Assembly: GCA_963830485.1 (NCBI GenBank)
Contig: CAWHNE010000029.1
Coordinates: 437,903 to 501,902 of the forward strand
Origin: an uncultured beta proteobacterium
GTDB lineage: Bacteria; Pseudomonadota; Gammaproteobacteria; Burkholderiales; Casimicrobiaceae
DNA length: 64,000 nucleotides
Direction of reading: 5' to 3'
Below are positions 23,346-32,771 of the stretch, piece by piece (the first letter of the stretch is position 1; every line of letters begins with the position of its first letter). The notes beneath the pieces are model-generated. The model saw only the letters and a program-made list of their open reading frames with translations, did no database searches and had not been told where the DNA came from. The position numbers were made by a program, and so were the translations under genes.

Positions 23346-23609
23346 ATGATCGCCCTGCGCCGTCCCCTCGTCATTGTCGCCGCCGCGTTCGGCGCGGCTT
23401 GCGCGTCGACCGAGGTACGCACGGCCGACGACTACGATCCGGGGAAGACGCCGCGGGACCAGTTTCTCAGGGAAGCCTCGCTCTGCGACAAGCAGGCCGA
23501 GACCGACCAGAAGAACCTCGGGAGCGGACCCTACGATCCCAGGCAGTCCACGTACAACCGTATGTTCGACGCCTGCATGCGCGCGAGCGGCTACGCGCGC
23601 AAGCCGTGA
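23346..23609 (+). CDS. small secreted/lipoprotein-like hypothetical protein
   Basis: Tail of ORF 21900..23609. ATG 23346: MIALRRPLVIVAAAFGAACAS... (lipobox-like GAAC). 87 aa. Confidence 0.55.
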   Translation: MIALRRPLVIVAAAFGAACASTEVRTADDYDPGKTPRDQFLREASLCDKQAETDQKNLGSGPYDPRQSTYNRMFDACMRASGYARKP

Positions 23610-23896
23610 CGAGGGGCCCGCTCGGTCGCCGGCTTCAGCGTTTCGAACGTCCGGAATCAGCGACGGGTTCACCGCGTGCATGTCGAACACGGCGCTGAGC
23701 GTGTAGCCGTCGGGTTTCCTTCGTGTGCACCGCGGTGCCGACGCGACGGATCTTCATGGGTCGGACGTTCCGCGGGTCAGGAACGTCGGCGTGCGGAGTA
23801 GCACTGCGATCGCGGACGCGGGGCGAGCGCTGCCGGAACGACTCGAGTCGGATACCATACCCCGTTCTTTGCACGTTTCGGCCCGAGGAGGTTTTC

Positions 23897-24904
23897 ATGC
23901 AGCCGCGCACGTACGTAGCGTCGAACGGTCTGGACACGAACGACGGAAGGCTCGCCACACCCTGCCGCTCGATCGGGGCCGCGCTCGCGCAGACCGATCC
24001 CGGCGGCGAGATCATCGTGCTCGACTCGGCAGGCTACGGCACAGTGGTCATCAACAAATCAGTGTCGGTCATCGCCCCGCCCGGCATCTACGCAGGGATC
24101 ACGGTGACGGCCGGCACCGGCATCGACGTCACCGCGGGCGTCGTGGCGCTGCGCGGACTCACCATCCGCGGGCCCGGCGGGATGGTCGGCATCCACGTGG
24201 GCAACGCGACGGTGCGCATCGACCGCTGCGTGATCTCGGGGCTGGGGCAGTATCGGCATCCATGCCGACACGCCGCCAGGCGAGGTCCACGTACGCGACA
24301 CGCAGGTCGCGCAGTGCGCCGAGGGCCTGCGGTTCGACGGCGCGATCCGGTTCTCGCTCGAACGCGTGCGCACCGAGGCGAACGGCAACGTCGGGCTGAA
24401 CGTGCTGAACGGCGCGTGGGGCAGCGCGCGCGACCTCGTGAGCGTGCGCAACGGCAACTACGGGGTCGGCGTCTCGACCAGCAGGGCCGGCGCCGCGTGC
24501 TACCTGGCGCTCGACGGCGGCGCGATCGCGGACAACGGCGCGGCTGGGATCAGCGCGGGCATTCCCGCGCCCGTCGCGGCCAGGCGTCCTCGTCACGGTG
24601 ACGCGAAGCATGATCACGGGGAACGGCGCCGACGGCATCGGCGTGTCGACGCAGGGCGCGGGGTCGGCGACCGCGGACGTCTCGGACTCGGTGATCGACG
24701 TCAACGCGCTGCGCGGCATCGTGGCCACGGGCGTGCGGCGCCGCCGCCGCCGTGTGCGGCAACCGGATCACGCGCAACGGCGGCTTCGGCCTCGCGCAAG
24801 TGGGTGGCGCGATGCTCAAGTCGGGGCAGGACAACATGGTCGAGGGCAACAACGCCGGCGGCGCGCAGACCAGCGGTGCGCTGACCGTGCTCGCGGCGGT
24901 GTGA
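23897..24904 (+). pseudogene. right-handed parallel beta-helix repeat protein, three frame breaks
   Basis: ATG 23897 after GAGGAGG: MQPRTYVASNGLDTNDG...CRSIGAALAQTDPGGEIIVLDSAGYG. The sensible reading hops +1 at ~24251, ~24583 and ~24733 (pieces in ORFs 23723.., 24366.., 24598..) and ends at TGA 24902-24904 (...SGALTVLAAV*). Confidence 0.75.
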
Positions 24905-25040
24905 GCCCGGCGATATACATCTCGTTCACATGGATATTGCCGGATAGCGGCTTGCATTTCGCCGTGCGCGGGCGCATTTTCCGCATTCGGCGGCAGCGCG
25001 AATCGCAGCGCGACCGCCGCAATTCCGAAGGAGGTATACC

Positions 25041-25697
25041 GTGGCACTCCGCATTGGTGACGAGGCACCCGATTTCACGGCCCAGACGACGCAGGGCTCC
25101 CTCAAATTCCACGACTGGATCGGCGACGGCTGGGCGATCCTGTTCTCGCATCCGAAGGACTTCACGCCGGTCTGCACGACGGAGCTGGGCTACATGGCCG
25201 GGCTCGCGCCGGAGTTCAAGAAGCGCAACTGCAAGATCGTCGGCCTGAGCGTCGACCCGGTCGACGACCACCAGCGGTGGCTCAAGGACATCGAGGAGAC
25301 GCAGGGCCACGCGGTCACCTATCCGCTGATCGGCGACCGCGACCTTACCGTCGCGAAGCTCTACGACATGATCCACCCGAACGCGAGCGCGACGCAGCCG
25401 CGCACCGCGGCGGACAATGCGACGATCCGCTCGGTGTTCCTGATCGGGCCCGACAAGAAGGTGAAGGCGATCCTGACCTATCCGATGAGCACCGGCCGCA
25501 ACTTCGACGAGGTGCTGCGGCTGCTCGACTCGATCCAGCTGACCGCGGCGCACAAGGTCGCGACGCCCGTCAACTGGAAGCACGGCGAGGATGTGATCAT
25601 CGTGCCGTCGGTGTCCGACGAGGAGGCGAAGCAGCGCTTTCCGCAGGGCTGGAGGTCGCCGAAACCGTACCTTCGGTACGTCCGCACGCCGAAGTAG
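25041..25697 (+). CDS. 1-Cys peroxiredoxin (Prx6-like)
   Basis: GTG start after GAAGGAGG. 218 aa with the active-site context FSHPKDFTPVCTTEL. Confidence 0.9.
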   Translation: MALRIGDEAPDFTAQTTQGSLKFHDWIGDGWAILFSHPKDFTPVCTTELGYMAGLAPEFKKRNCKIVGLSVDPVDDHQRWLKDIEETQGHAVTYPLIGDRDLTVAKLYDMIHPNASATQPRTAADNATIRSVFLIGPDKKVKAILTYPMSTGRNFDEVLRLLDSIQLTAAHKVATPVNWKHGEDVIIVPSVSDEEAKQRFPQGWRSPKPYLRYVRTPK

Positions 25698-25714
25698 CGG
25701 CGCCCGTCGTGTCC

Positions 25715-25752
25715 CAACTGCCGCTCGCGGCCCGGGCCGCGAGGGGCAGTTG
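25715..25752. terminator. 17-bp-stem hairpin (one mismatch) between convergent genes
   Basis: CAACTGCCGCTCGCGGC-CCGG-GCCGCGAGGGGCAGTTG read from the sequence. It lies between the stops at 25697 (+) and 25769 (-). No U-tract. Confidence 0.5.
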
Positions 25753-25768
25753 CCGCTACGCCTGAATC

Positions 25769-26794
25769 CTAGCCGCTATCGGGCCTGAAGCATTCGAGCA
25801 GGTTCGCGGCGTCCGCGTCCGGCAGGTCCCAGCCATAGGGCTCGCCGAACCACGTCCTGTTCCGCTCGAGGTGCGCACGGTACGATTCTTCGTCGAAGTC
25901 CGGCACCTGCGTCTTCCACGCCGCGCAGCGGTTGCGGACGTGGCCGCGGATGCGCTCGACGCTGAACACGTGGCGTGACGGGTTGTACGCCTCGTTCAGG
26001 TGCTCGGTGACGTATGGCCGCATGATGTCCGGGTCGTCGCGCGCCGGATCGATCACGTACTGGTCGCCGTCCCGGCGCACGATCGGGGCGACCGTCGCGT
26101 CGCCGATACGGATCTCGTGAAACAGGTTGCGGTAGAACTTGAATCCCGCATAGTTGCCCGCGAGATCGCCGTTCGAGTACACGCCGGTCAGCGCGATGCC
26201 GTAGATTCCCTTTTCGGTCAGCACGCCGTAGGCGACGGCTCGCGCGATCGCCGCTTTCTCGTCGGCGCCGCCCGCGCGCGCGTCCTCGTACATGTTGAAG
26301 TACTCGTAGCCCTGCTGAAAGATGTGCCCAGGCTTGTCGGTGCCGACGTAGACGCCGTAGAGCCGGATCGTCGGACAGTTGGTCGTGATGTGGGCGAGCG
26401 GATAGGGCGAGAAGGCGCCGGAGTAGATCGTGTCGAAGTACGAGGGCGTGAAGCGGACGTTGCGCGTGCCGTAGTTGCCGTAGCGAAGCACGCGCTCCAT
26501 CGTCGCCTCCGGCGCGCCGACGCCGGTGTCCTCGTAGATGCGTGTCGCGAGCAGCCGCTCGTCGCCAGGCTCGAGCCCCGCTTGCGGATTGCGCAATCGC
26601 CGCTCGGCGAGGCTCGCGTTGAGCTGCGCGACGGCCTCGTGGAGCGCGGCGACGACGATTGCGCCCATCTCGCGGCCGAGATCGTCCAGTGGCTTCGGCG
26701 GCAGCGTGAACTGGTCGGTCTCGGTGGCACGCGCTGCCGCCGGCACGAGCGCGATGCCGAGCGCGACGATCCACGCGGCGCGGCGGACCCTCAT
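25769..26794 (-). CDS. hypothetical secreted protein (341 aa)
   Basis: Inside ORF 25769..27373. ATG 26794 overlaps the GST stop (ATGA). Signal MRVRRAAWIVALGIALVPAAARA. No family recognised. Confidence 0.65.
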   Translation of the reverse strand: MRVRRAAWIVALGIALVPAAARATETDQFTLPPKPLDDLGREMGAIVVAALHEAVAQLNASLAERRLRNPQAGLEPGDERLLATRIYEDTGVGAPEATMERVLRYGNYGTRNVRFTPSYFDTIYSGAFSPYPLAHITTNCPTIRLYGVYVGTDKPGHIFQQGYEYFNMYEDARAGGADEKAAIARAVAYGVLTEKGIYGIALTGVYSNGDLAGNYAGFKFYRNLFHEIRIGDATVAPIVRRDGDQYVIDPARDDPDIMRPYVTEHLNEAYNPSRHVFSVERIRGHVRNRCAAWKTQVPDFDEESYRAHLERNRTWFGEPYGWDLPDADAANLLECFRPDSG

Positions 26795-27420
26795 GCGCCC
26801 ACCTTCGGGCCCGCGAGTGCCATCGCCGTCCGGTACGCGGGGCGTGCCTCGATGCGCGCGAGGTACGCGAGGATGTTCGCGTACGGCGCGAGATCGTACT
26901 CGAGAAAATGCCGCATCGTCGTGAACGCGAACGTCATCATCACATCGGCCGCGGTGAACTCCGAGCCCGCGAACCACGGCGTCGCGCCGAGCTCCGCGTC
27001 GACGAAGGAGAGCATTTGCTGCATCCGCGCGAGTACACGCGTGCCGGCGGGACTCGTGCGGCCGTCCGGCATCCGGGAGAGCACGAGCGCGACGATCATG
27101 AGCGTCATGAGGCTGCCCTCGGCGAAGTGCAGCCAGTAGAGATAGCGCGCGTAGCCCGGCGCCGACGGGGGCACCGCGAGCCGGCCGCCGGCGTGCCGGT
27201 TGACGAGGTACTCGACGATCGCGCCCGATTCCGCGAGCACCGTGTCGCCGTCGCGGATGATCGGCGCCTTGCCGAGCGGATGAATCGCCTTCAGCGCATC
27301 CGGCGCCGCGCCGTTCGCCTGGCGCCGCCAAGGCTCGATCCGGTACTCGAGGCCGAGTTCTTCCATCAGCCACACGATGCGCTCGGAGCGTGACGTGTCG
27401 AGGTGATGGATGGTGATCAT
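26791..27420 (-). CDS. glutathione S-transferase
   Basis: Inside ORF 26791..27618, ATG 27420: MITIHHLDTSRSERIVWLMEELGL... Thioredoxin-like N-domain with ...HPLGKAPII... and ...ESGAIVEYL... Confidence 0.85.
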   Translation of the reverse strand: MITIHHLDTSRSERIVWLMEELGLEYRIEPWRRQANGAAPDALKAIHPLGKAPIIRDGDTVLAESGAIVEYLVNRHAGGRLAVPPSAPGYARYLYWLHFAEGSLMTLMIVALVLSRMPDGRTSPAGTRVLARMQQMLSFVDAELGATPWFAGSEFTAADVMMTFAFTTMRHFLEYDLAPYANILAYLARIEARPAYRTAMALAGPKVGA

Positions 27421-27518
27421 GTCGTTCCGGAGGCCGAGATCACGGGAAATTTCGCATTTTACGTCCTTCTGCGGCGTTCCCTTATACTGTCCGCTCCGTT
27501 GGTCTCCCTCCGCCGCCG

Positions 27519-28413
27519 ATGAGTTCCGCCGGGCAAGCGATGGCCGTGCTGTTCGCCGATGTCTCGGGGAGCACGCGCCTCTACGAGCAGGTGGGCGATG
27601 CGAAGGCGCTCGCGACAATCGTCGCGTGCCTCGCGCTCGTGCAGGAGGCCTCGGCGGGCCACGGCGGGCGCCTCGTGAAGACGATCGGCGACGAGGCGAT
27701 GGTCGTGTTTCCCGGCGCCGATCAGGCGGTGACCGCCGCCGGCGAGATCCAGCTTCGGATGAGCGAGCTCGCGCGCGAGCTCAACTTGAGGATCGCGCTG
27801 CGCGTCGGCCTCCACTGCGGCGAGGCGATCGAGTCGCAGAACGACGTCTACGGCGACTGCGTGAACGTCGCCGCGCGCATGGTTTCGCTGGCGAAGGGTG
27901 GGCAGGTGATCCTGACCGCGGCGACCGCCGACGCGCTGTCGCCGGAGCTGCGCGGCAAGGTGCGCGAGGTCGACGTCCTGACCGTCAAGGGCAAGGAGAA
28001 GGACATCGTGATCATGGAGCTCGTTTGGCAGGACTCGTCCGAGCTCACGACGCTTACGACGCGCCCGAAGCTGCGCCCGGCGCGCCTCGAGCTCGTGCAC
28101 GGCACGCGCGCGATCGAGCTCGGCCTCGCCGTCATGGCGGTGGCGATCGGCCGCGATGCGCAGAACGACGTCGTGATCGCCGACCGGCTCGCCTCGCGGC
28201 ATGCACGCGCGGATCGAGCGCCGGCGCGACAAGTTCGTGCTGGTCGACCAGAGCTCGAACGGGACCTTCGTGACGGTCGACGGCGAGGGCGAGATCCAGC
28301 TCCGCCGCGAGGAGCTGATGCTGCGCGGGCGCGGCCACATCAGCTTCGGCCACCCGTACGCCGCCGACCCTTCCGAGATTCTGCGCTACGCCTTCATCGC
28401 GGGCGACGGGTAG
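27519..28413 (+). pseudogene. class III nucleotidyl cyclase - FHA domain protein, one frame break
   Basis: Cyclase motifs AVLFADVSGSTRLYE, KTIGDEAMVVF, GDCVNVAARM in ORF 27519... The FHA domain begins ...VAIGRDAQNDVVIADRLASR and continues as HARIERRRDKFVLVDQSSNGTFV... in frame +1 (ORF 28201..28413). There is an extra base at ~28200. Confidence 0.8.
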
Positions 28414-28440
28414 CTGCACAGGCGCGATCACGAAACTTGC

Positions 28441-28512
28441 CGTCGTTCCCGCGAAGCGGAAACCCAGCGTCCTTCGGCGAACGTCACTGGGCCCCGCCTG
28501 CGCGGGGATGAC
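28441..28512. repeat. REP-like intergenic hairpin pair
   Basis: GTTCCCGCGAAGCGGAAAC (28445-28463) and CCCCGC-CTGC-GCGGGG followed by ATGAC (28492-28512). The antisense translation reads ...VIPAQAGP..., the signature of the common proteobacterial REP class. Confidence 0.55.
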
Positions 28513-28523
28513 AGCAGGCCGGT

Positions 28524-30897
28524 TCAGGTCGTCAGCTTCTTGAACGTGCCCGGATCCTTGATCACGCTCTTCTGGCGCTCGGGCGGCGCGCCGTAGAGGC
28601 CGGCCGGCGGATTCGTCTCGAGCCGTGACAGAACGGCAGCGGCGGCGCACGCCTTGTCGAACGCGACGGCTACGTTGTCGCCGTTGACTGCGCCGAGCGC
28701 GAAGCACGGCTGGCCGAGCTTGGCGTTGAGCGGCCTCAGGATCGCGGCGGCGACGAGATCGCCCGCGGCGTCCGTGCCTGCGAGCTGGACGTCGTAGACA
28801 CGCGGCTTCGCGGCGGGGCGCGCGGACGCGGCGATGACCTGCGGCAGCCCGAGGAACTCGCGGCCGACCGCGTCCTCGGTCGCCGCGTCGGGCAAGCCGT
28901 CGATGGCGAGCGCGATCTTCTGGCTCGACACGCTCGCGTGCTGCAGGAAGAAGTCGCGCGAGAACTCGTCGGCGATCTTCGCGCCGATCGCCTTCAGCGC
29001 CTCCTCCTCGCTGTTCCAGCTGCCGACGCTCGTCGGCAGCGCCGTGTTGAAGTAGATCTCCTCGCCGGTCGCGAGGTCGACGCACTTCACCGTCCACGAC
29101 GTCAGCGTGTACTTGGTCACCGGGAAGTCCGGAGGCCTCGAGCCGTGCGGAGAGCTTCTTCACCTTCGCCTCGCCGCGCACCGCGAAGTCCGCGCCGGCC
29201 TTGCCTTCGGGCGCGCCCTCTGCCCACGTGCGGAAGCCGAACGTCTTGATGCGCTCCTTCAGGATGTTCTCGGCGACCGGCGAAGTCTGCGGCGGCGCGT
29301 CGGGCTGGTCGGAATCGCGCACGGTCACCTGCACCGAGACTTTCGGGTCGCCGTTCGCGCGGATGATCTCGACCCGCTCGTCGCGCGTCATCTGGTTCAG
29401 CGACTTCTGCAGCGCCTTCACGTTGACGACCGCCTCGGTGGTGACGGCCATGAGCCCGTCCTTGCCCACGCGCGGCTCGCTTTCGCGCACGACCGTCTCG
29501 ATGTACGCGCCGCTGTTCGACAGCAGCTTCGTCTTGAGCAGATCGTAGTGCTTCGCGAGCGACTTCGAGTCGAGGAGGAGCCCGAGCGCCTTCGCAACGA
29601 CCTGGCTCTTCGCGTCGGCGCGAGCGTCGTCCTGCTGCAGCGCCTTGTCGCCCTTGTAGCGGGGATCGGCGGGATCGACGAGGCCGACGGCCGAGATCGT
29701 GACCGTGCCGGGCGTGGCGACCGGCAGGGGCGCCGGCGCTTTGGCGGGCGCCGGAGGCGCGACCGGCGACGGCGGCGTCGCGGACGCGGGCGCCTGCGCG
29801 GTGTGCGTGATGTCGGGACCGAAGCGCTGCCAGGCGAACCATGCGCTGGCGCCGAGCGCGACCGCCACGGCCACGGCGACGATCGCGCCCGGCGGGACGC
29901 GCGAAGGTGTAGGAGGCGGACCGGCGGAGGTCGTCGTCAGCGGGGGCGGAGGCACCGGCCGCGGCGGGATCGTCGCGGTGCGCGTCGCAGTCGCGGTCGC
30001 CTCGGGGGTCGCCATGACGGTCGCGTCGGTGCTGCCGGCGCGCACGCCCGGCAGCGTCACGCCGGCGCCGCCGCCGGCCGCCTGCGCCGCCGCTTCGATC
30101 GCGTCGATGAATTCCTGCGCGGTCTGGTAGCGCTCGTCGGCGTGCTTCGCGAGCGCCTTGCGCACGACCGCGTCCATCACCGGCAGCACCTGCACGTTGA
30201 GCGACGACGGCGGCAGCGGGTCCTCCTTCAGCACCTTCTGCATCGTCGTCGTCGACGAGCCGGAAAACGGCCGTTCACCGGTCAGGAACTGGTAGAGGAT
30301 CACGCCCGCGGAAAAGAGATCGGAGCGCCCGTCAACGGGCAGCCCGAGGATCTGCTCGGGCGACATGTAGGACGGCGTTCCGAGCACGGTGCCGACCTGC
30401 GTGAGGTTCGACGCCTCGATGTGCGCGATGCCGAAGTCGCCGACTTTCACCGAGCCGTCGGTCAGGAGAAAGATGTTCGCGGGCTTCACGTCGCGGTGGA
30501 TCACGCCCTGCTTGTGCGAATAGTCGAGCGCGCCCAGGATCTGCTTCATGATCCGCACGATGTCCGGAATGCGGAAGCGCTCGTTCGCCTCGAAGCACGC
30601 CTTGAGCTCGCGCCCCTGGACGAACTCCATCGCGATGTACCAGATGCCGCCTTCCTCGCCGAAATCGTAGATCGACACGATGTTCGGGTGGTTGAGCCGG
30701 CCCGCCGCCTGCGCCTCGCGGCGGAAGCGGTTGATCATCTGCGCCGAATCCTCGTCGGTGAGCTGATCCCGGCGAATCGTCTTCAGCGCGACGACGCGCT
30801 TGATCATCGGATCGTATGCCTCGTAGACGACGCCCATCGCGCCGCGGCCGATCTCGCGCCGGATCTCGTACTTGCCGATGTGGTCGATTTCGGGCAT
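28524..30897 (-). pseudogene. transmembrane Ser/Thr protein kinase with large periplasmic domain, one frame break
   Basis: ATG 30897. Hanks motifs GRGAMGVVYEA, VALKTI, HRDVKPANIF, DFGIA, GTPSYMSPE. TM segment GAIVAVAVAVALGASAWFAW. The periplasmic part continues from ...KLSARLEASGLP into ORF 28524..29120 (...TKYTLTSWTVKCVDLATGEEIYF...) after a +1 break at ~29125. Confidence 0.85.
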
Positions 30898-30970
30898 GCG
30901 TGACTCCCTGCCTCAAGACGGCGACGCCGGCGGCAGGCCGGCGTCGCTTGGCGTGCGGTCAGCCGGCCGG

Positions 30971-31807
30971 CTACTTGTATTTCTGGTCGATTTCCCACAC
31001 GTTCTTCTGAACGAGCCGCTGCACCATCGTGTCGAGCGACACGCCGCCCTGCTGCGCCTGGTTGACGCCGAGGAAGCCCGACGATTTCGCGCCGATCTCC
31101 ATCTTCTCCTCGGTATAGCCCGTCGCGACCTGCTCGGTGGTCTCGGCGTTGATGATCTTGTAGCGCATGCCGATGACCCAGACGCTCGTCGCTTCCTCCG
31201 AGTGGGCCGAGCCTACGGCCGTGCCGCCGACGGCGCCCGCCTGCGCGCCGCCGCGCGACCCCGAGAACGCGCCCAGCAGGCCGGCCATCTGACCGAGCGT
31301 GCGACCGTCGAAGCCGGACTGCGCGGAGGCGACCTGCTCGGTCTTGAGGATGTCGAACTTGACCACGTATTTCGTCGCCTTGAGCTTGCCCATCTTCAGG
31401 AACTTGCGCGCCTGGTCGGGATCACCGAGGTTGTAGGCGAGCTCGAACTCCTTGAGCAACGGCCCCAGGTTCGAGCGCTCGAGCACCGTAAAGTTGGCGC
31501 TGGAGAGCTCGATCTCGCCGAAGTCCGCGATGTTGTTCGCGGTGAACTTCTGCAGGAACGTCGCATTGTTGCTCTTGATCTCGCCGGGAATCACCACCAG
31601 CGCCGGGCCCTTGCGGCTGGCGTTGGTGTAGGTCACCGGCTGGTAGATCGTCTGGTCCGCGGCGGCGTTGGCCTTTTGCGATGTTTCGCCGCCCGCCGTC
31701 GGCGAAGGGTTGCCCCAGGTCGGCTGCGCCGAAGCGGCGGTGGCGGCCGCGAGAAGGGCGGTCCCGAGCAGGATCTGCAGGGTGACGAGGCGTGCGCGTT
31801 GGCTCAT
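30971..31807 (-). CDS. CsgG/HfaB-like secreted protein
   Basis: 278 aa with signal ...LLAAATAASA. ...VVIPGEIKS..., ...FTVLERSNLGPLLKEFEL..., ...KYVVKFDILK..., a Gly-rich loop and ...VWVIGMRYKIINAETTEQVATG... follow the CsgG-family pattern as I recall it. Confidence 0.6.
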   Translation of the reverse strand: MSQRARLVTLQILLGTALLAAATAASAQPTWGNPSPTAGGETSQKANAAADQTIYQPVTYTNASRKGPALVVIPGEIKSNNATFLQKFTANNIADFGEIELSSANFTVLERSNLGPLLKEFELAYNLGDPDQARKFLKMGKLKATKYVVKFDILKTEQVASAQSGFDGRTLGQMAGLLGAFSGSRGGAQAGAVGGTAVGSAHSEEATSVWVIGMRYKIINAETTEQVATGYTEEKMEIGAKSSGFLGVNQAQQGGVSLDTMVQRLVQKNVWEIDQKYK

Positions 31808-31852
31808 GGCAGGGTCCTCCGAGTGCGTCGTCGATACGAACGCGTGATGGAA

Positions 31853-32539
31853 CTAGTTCTGCTTTCGGGGTGCAGCGCCCGCAATGCGGCAGTAATCCGA
31901 ATACAGCGTGGCGACCACCTCGTCCGCCTGCTCGTTGACGAGGGTGAGCGCCATCCGCGAGACGTCGGCGCCGGCGTACGATCCGGAATGCGCATCGGCC
32001 TCCGAGATGATCCGGCCGCCCCCGGTCAGCGTGAAATGCATGTTCACCATGACCTGGTTCACGTTCATCATCGGGTTGCGCGTCGCGTCGGCCGTGATCA
32101 GCCCCTTGAGGGCGAAGCTCGCGCCGAGCCGCTTGGCCGCGGAGAGCATCGCGTCCTGGTCGTTCTTGAAGTATGCGTCGATCTCGGCCTGCGCGATCTG
32201 GCGGCGGATCTCCTCGGGTGTGTACGTGCGGAGCCCCACGCTGCGGAGTCGGTTGTTGATCGCGTCGAACAGCGGACCGTAGTTCTGCTGCTCGGCGGCG
32301 ATGATGCCGTTCGACCGCCGCTCGCCGATCAGGACCACGATCTTCTTATCCTTGATCGAGGCGCGGCAGGGCGTGGAGAGCTGCGCCGCGATGCGGTTCT
32401 GTCGCGCCTCCTGCTCCTGCCGCTCCGAATCGTCCTGCTGCGAGAACTTGAAGCCCGGCTGCTGGGCGAGCGCGGGTCCGGACGCCAGCAGTGCGGCGAG
32501 CACGAGCGCGCAGGCGCGGGAATGGGACCGGGCGGGCAT
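31853..32539 (-). CDS. hypothetical periplasmic protein
   Basis: Inside ORF 31853..32566, ATG 32539 (MPARSHSRACALVLAALLASGPALA). 228 aa. First gene of the minus-strand unit that ends with the kinase. Confidence 0.6.
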   Translation of the reverse strand: MPARSHSRACALVLAALLASGPALAQQPGFKFSQQDDSERQEQEARQNRIAAQLSTPCRASIKDKKIVVLIGERRSNGIIAAEQQNYGPLFDAINNRLRSVGLRTYTPEEIRRQIAQAEIDAYFKNDQDAMLSAAKRLGASFALKGLITADATRNPMMNVNQVMVNMHFTLTGGGRIISEADAHSGSYAGADVSRMALTLVNEQADEVVATLYSDYCRIAGAAPRKQN

Positions 32540-32771
32540 CGCGGCGGGGGCGTGTAAATGTTGCAAAATGCGAGGTTAGCCGATCGGGGGCCGGAAATCC
32601 ATATGGAATATTCGGCATTCGCCGTTATTCCGTCGGCCGGCGTGGGGCACGGGTTGTGGCCGACAGGTGGGGGCGCCACACAACATGCACCGGCGCCGCG
32701 CGCGTCAACGCGGTGAACTCGCTCTGCGTTAGTGGGTCACATCGGCTGTGTAACGCACCGGGAGGCGAAAA

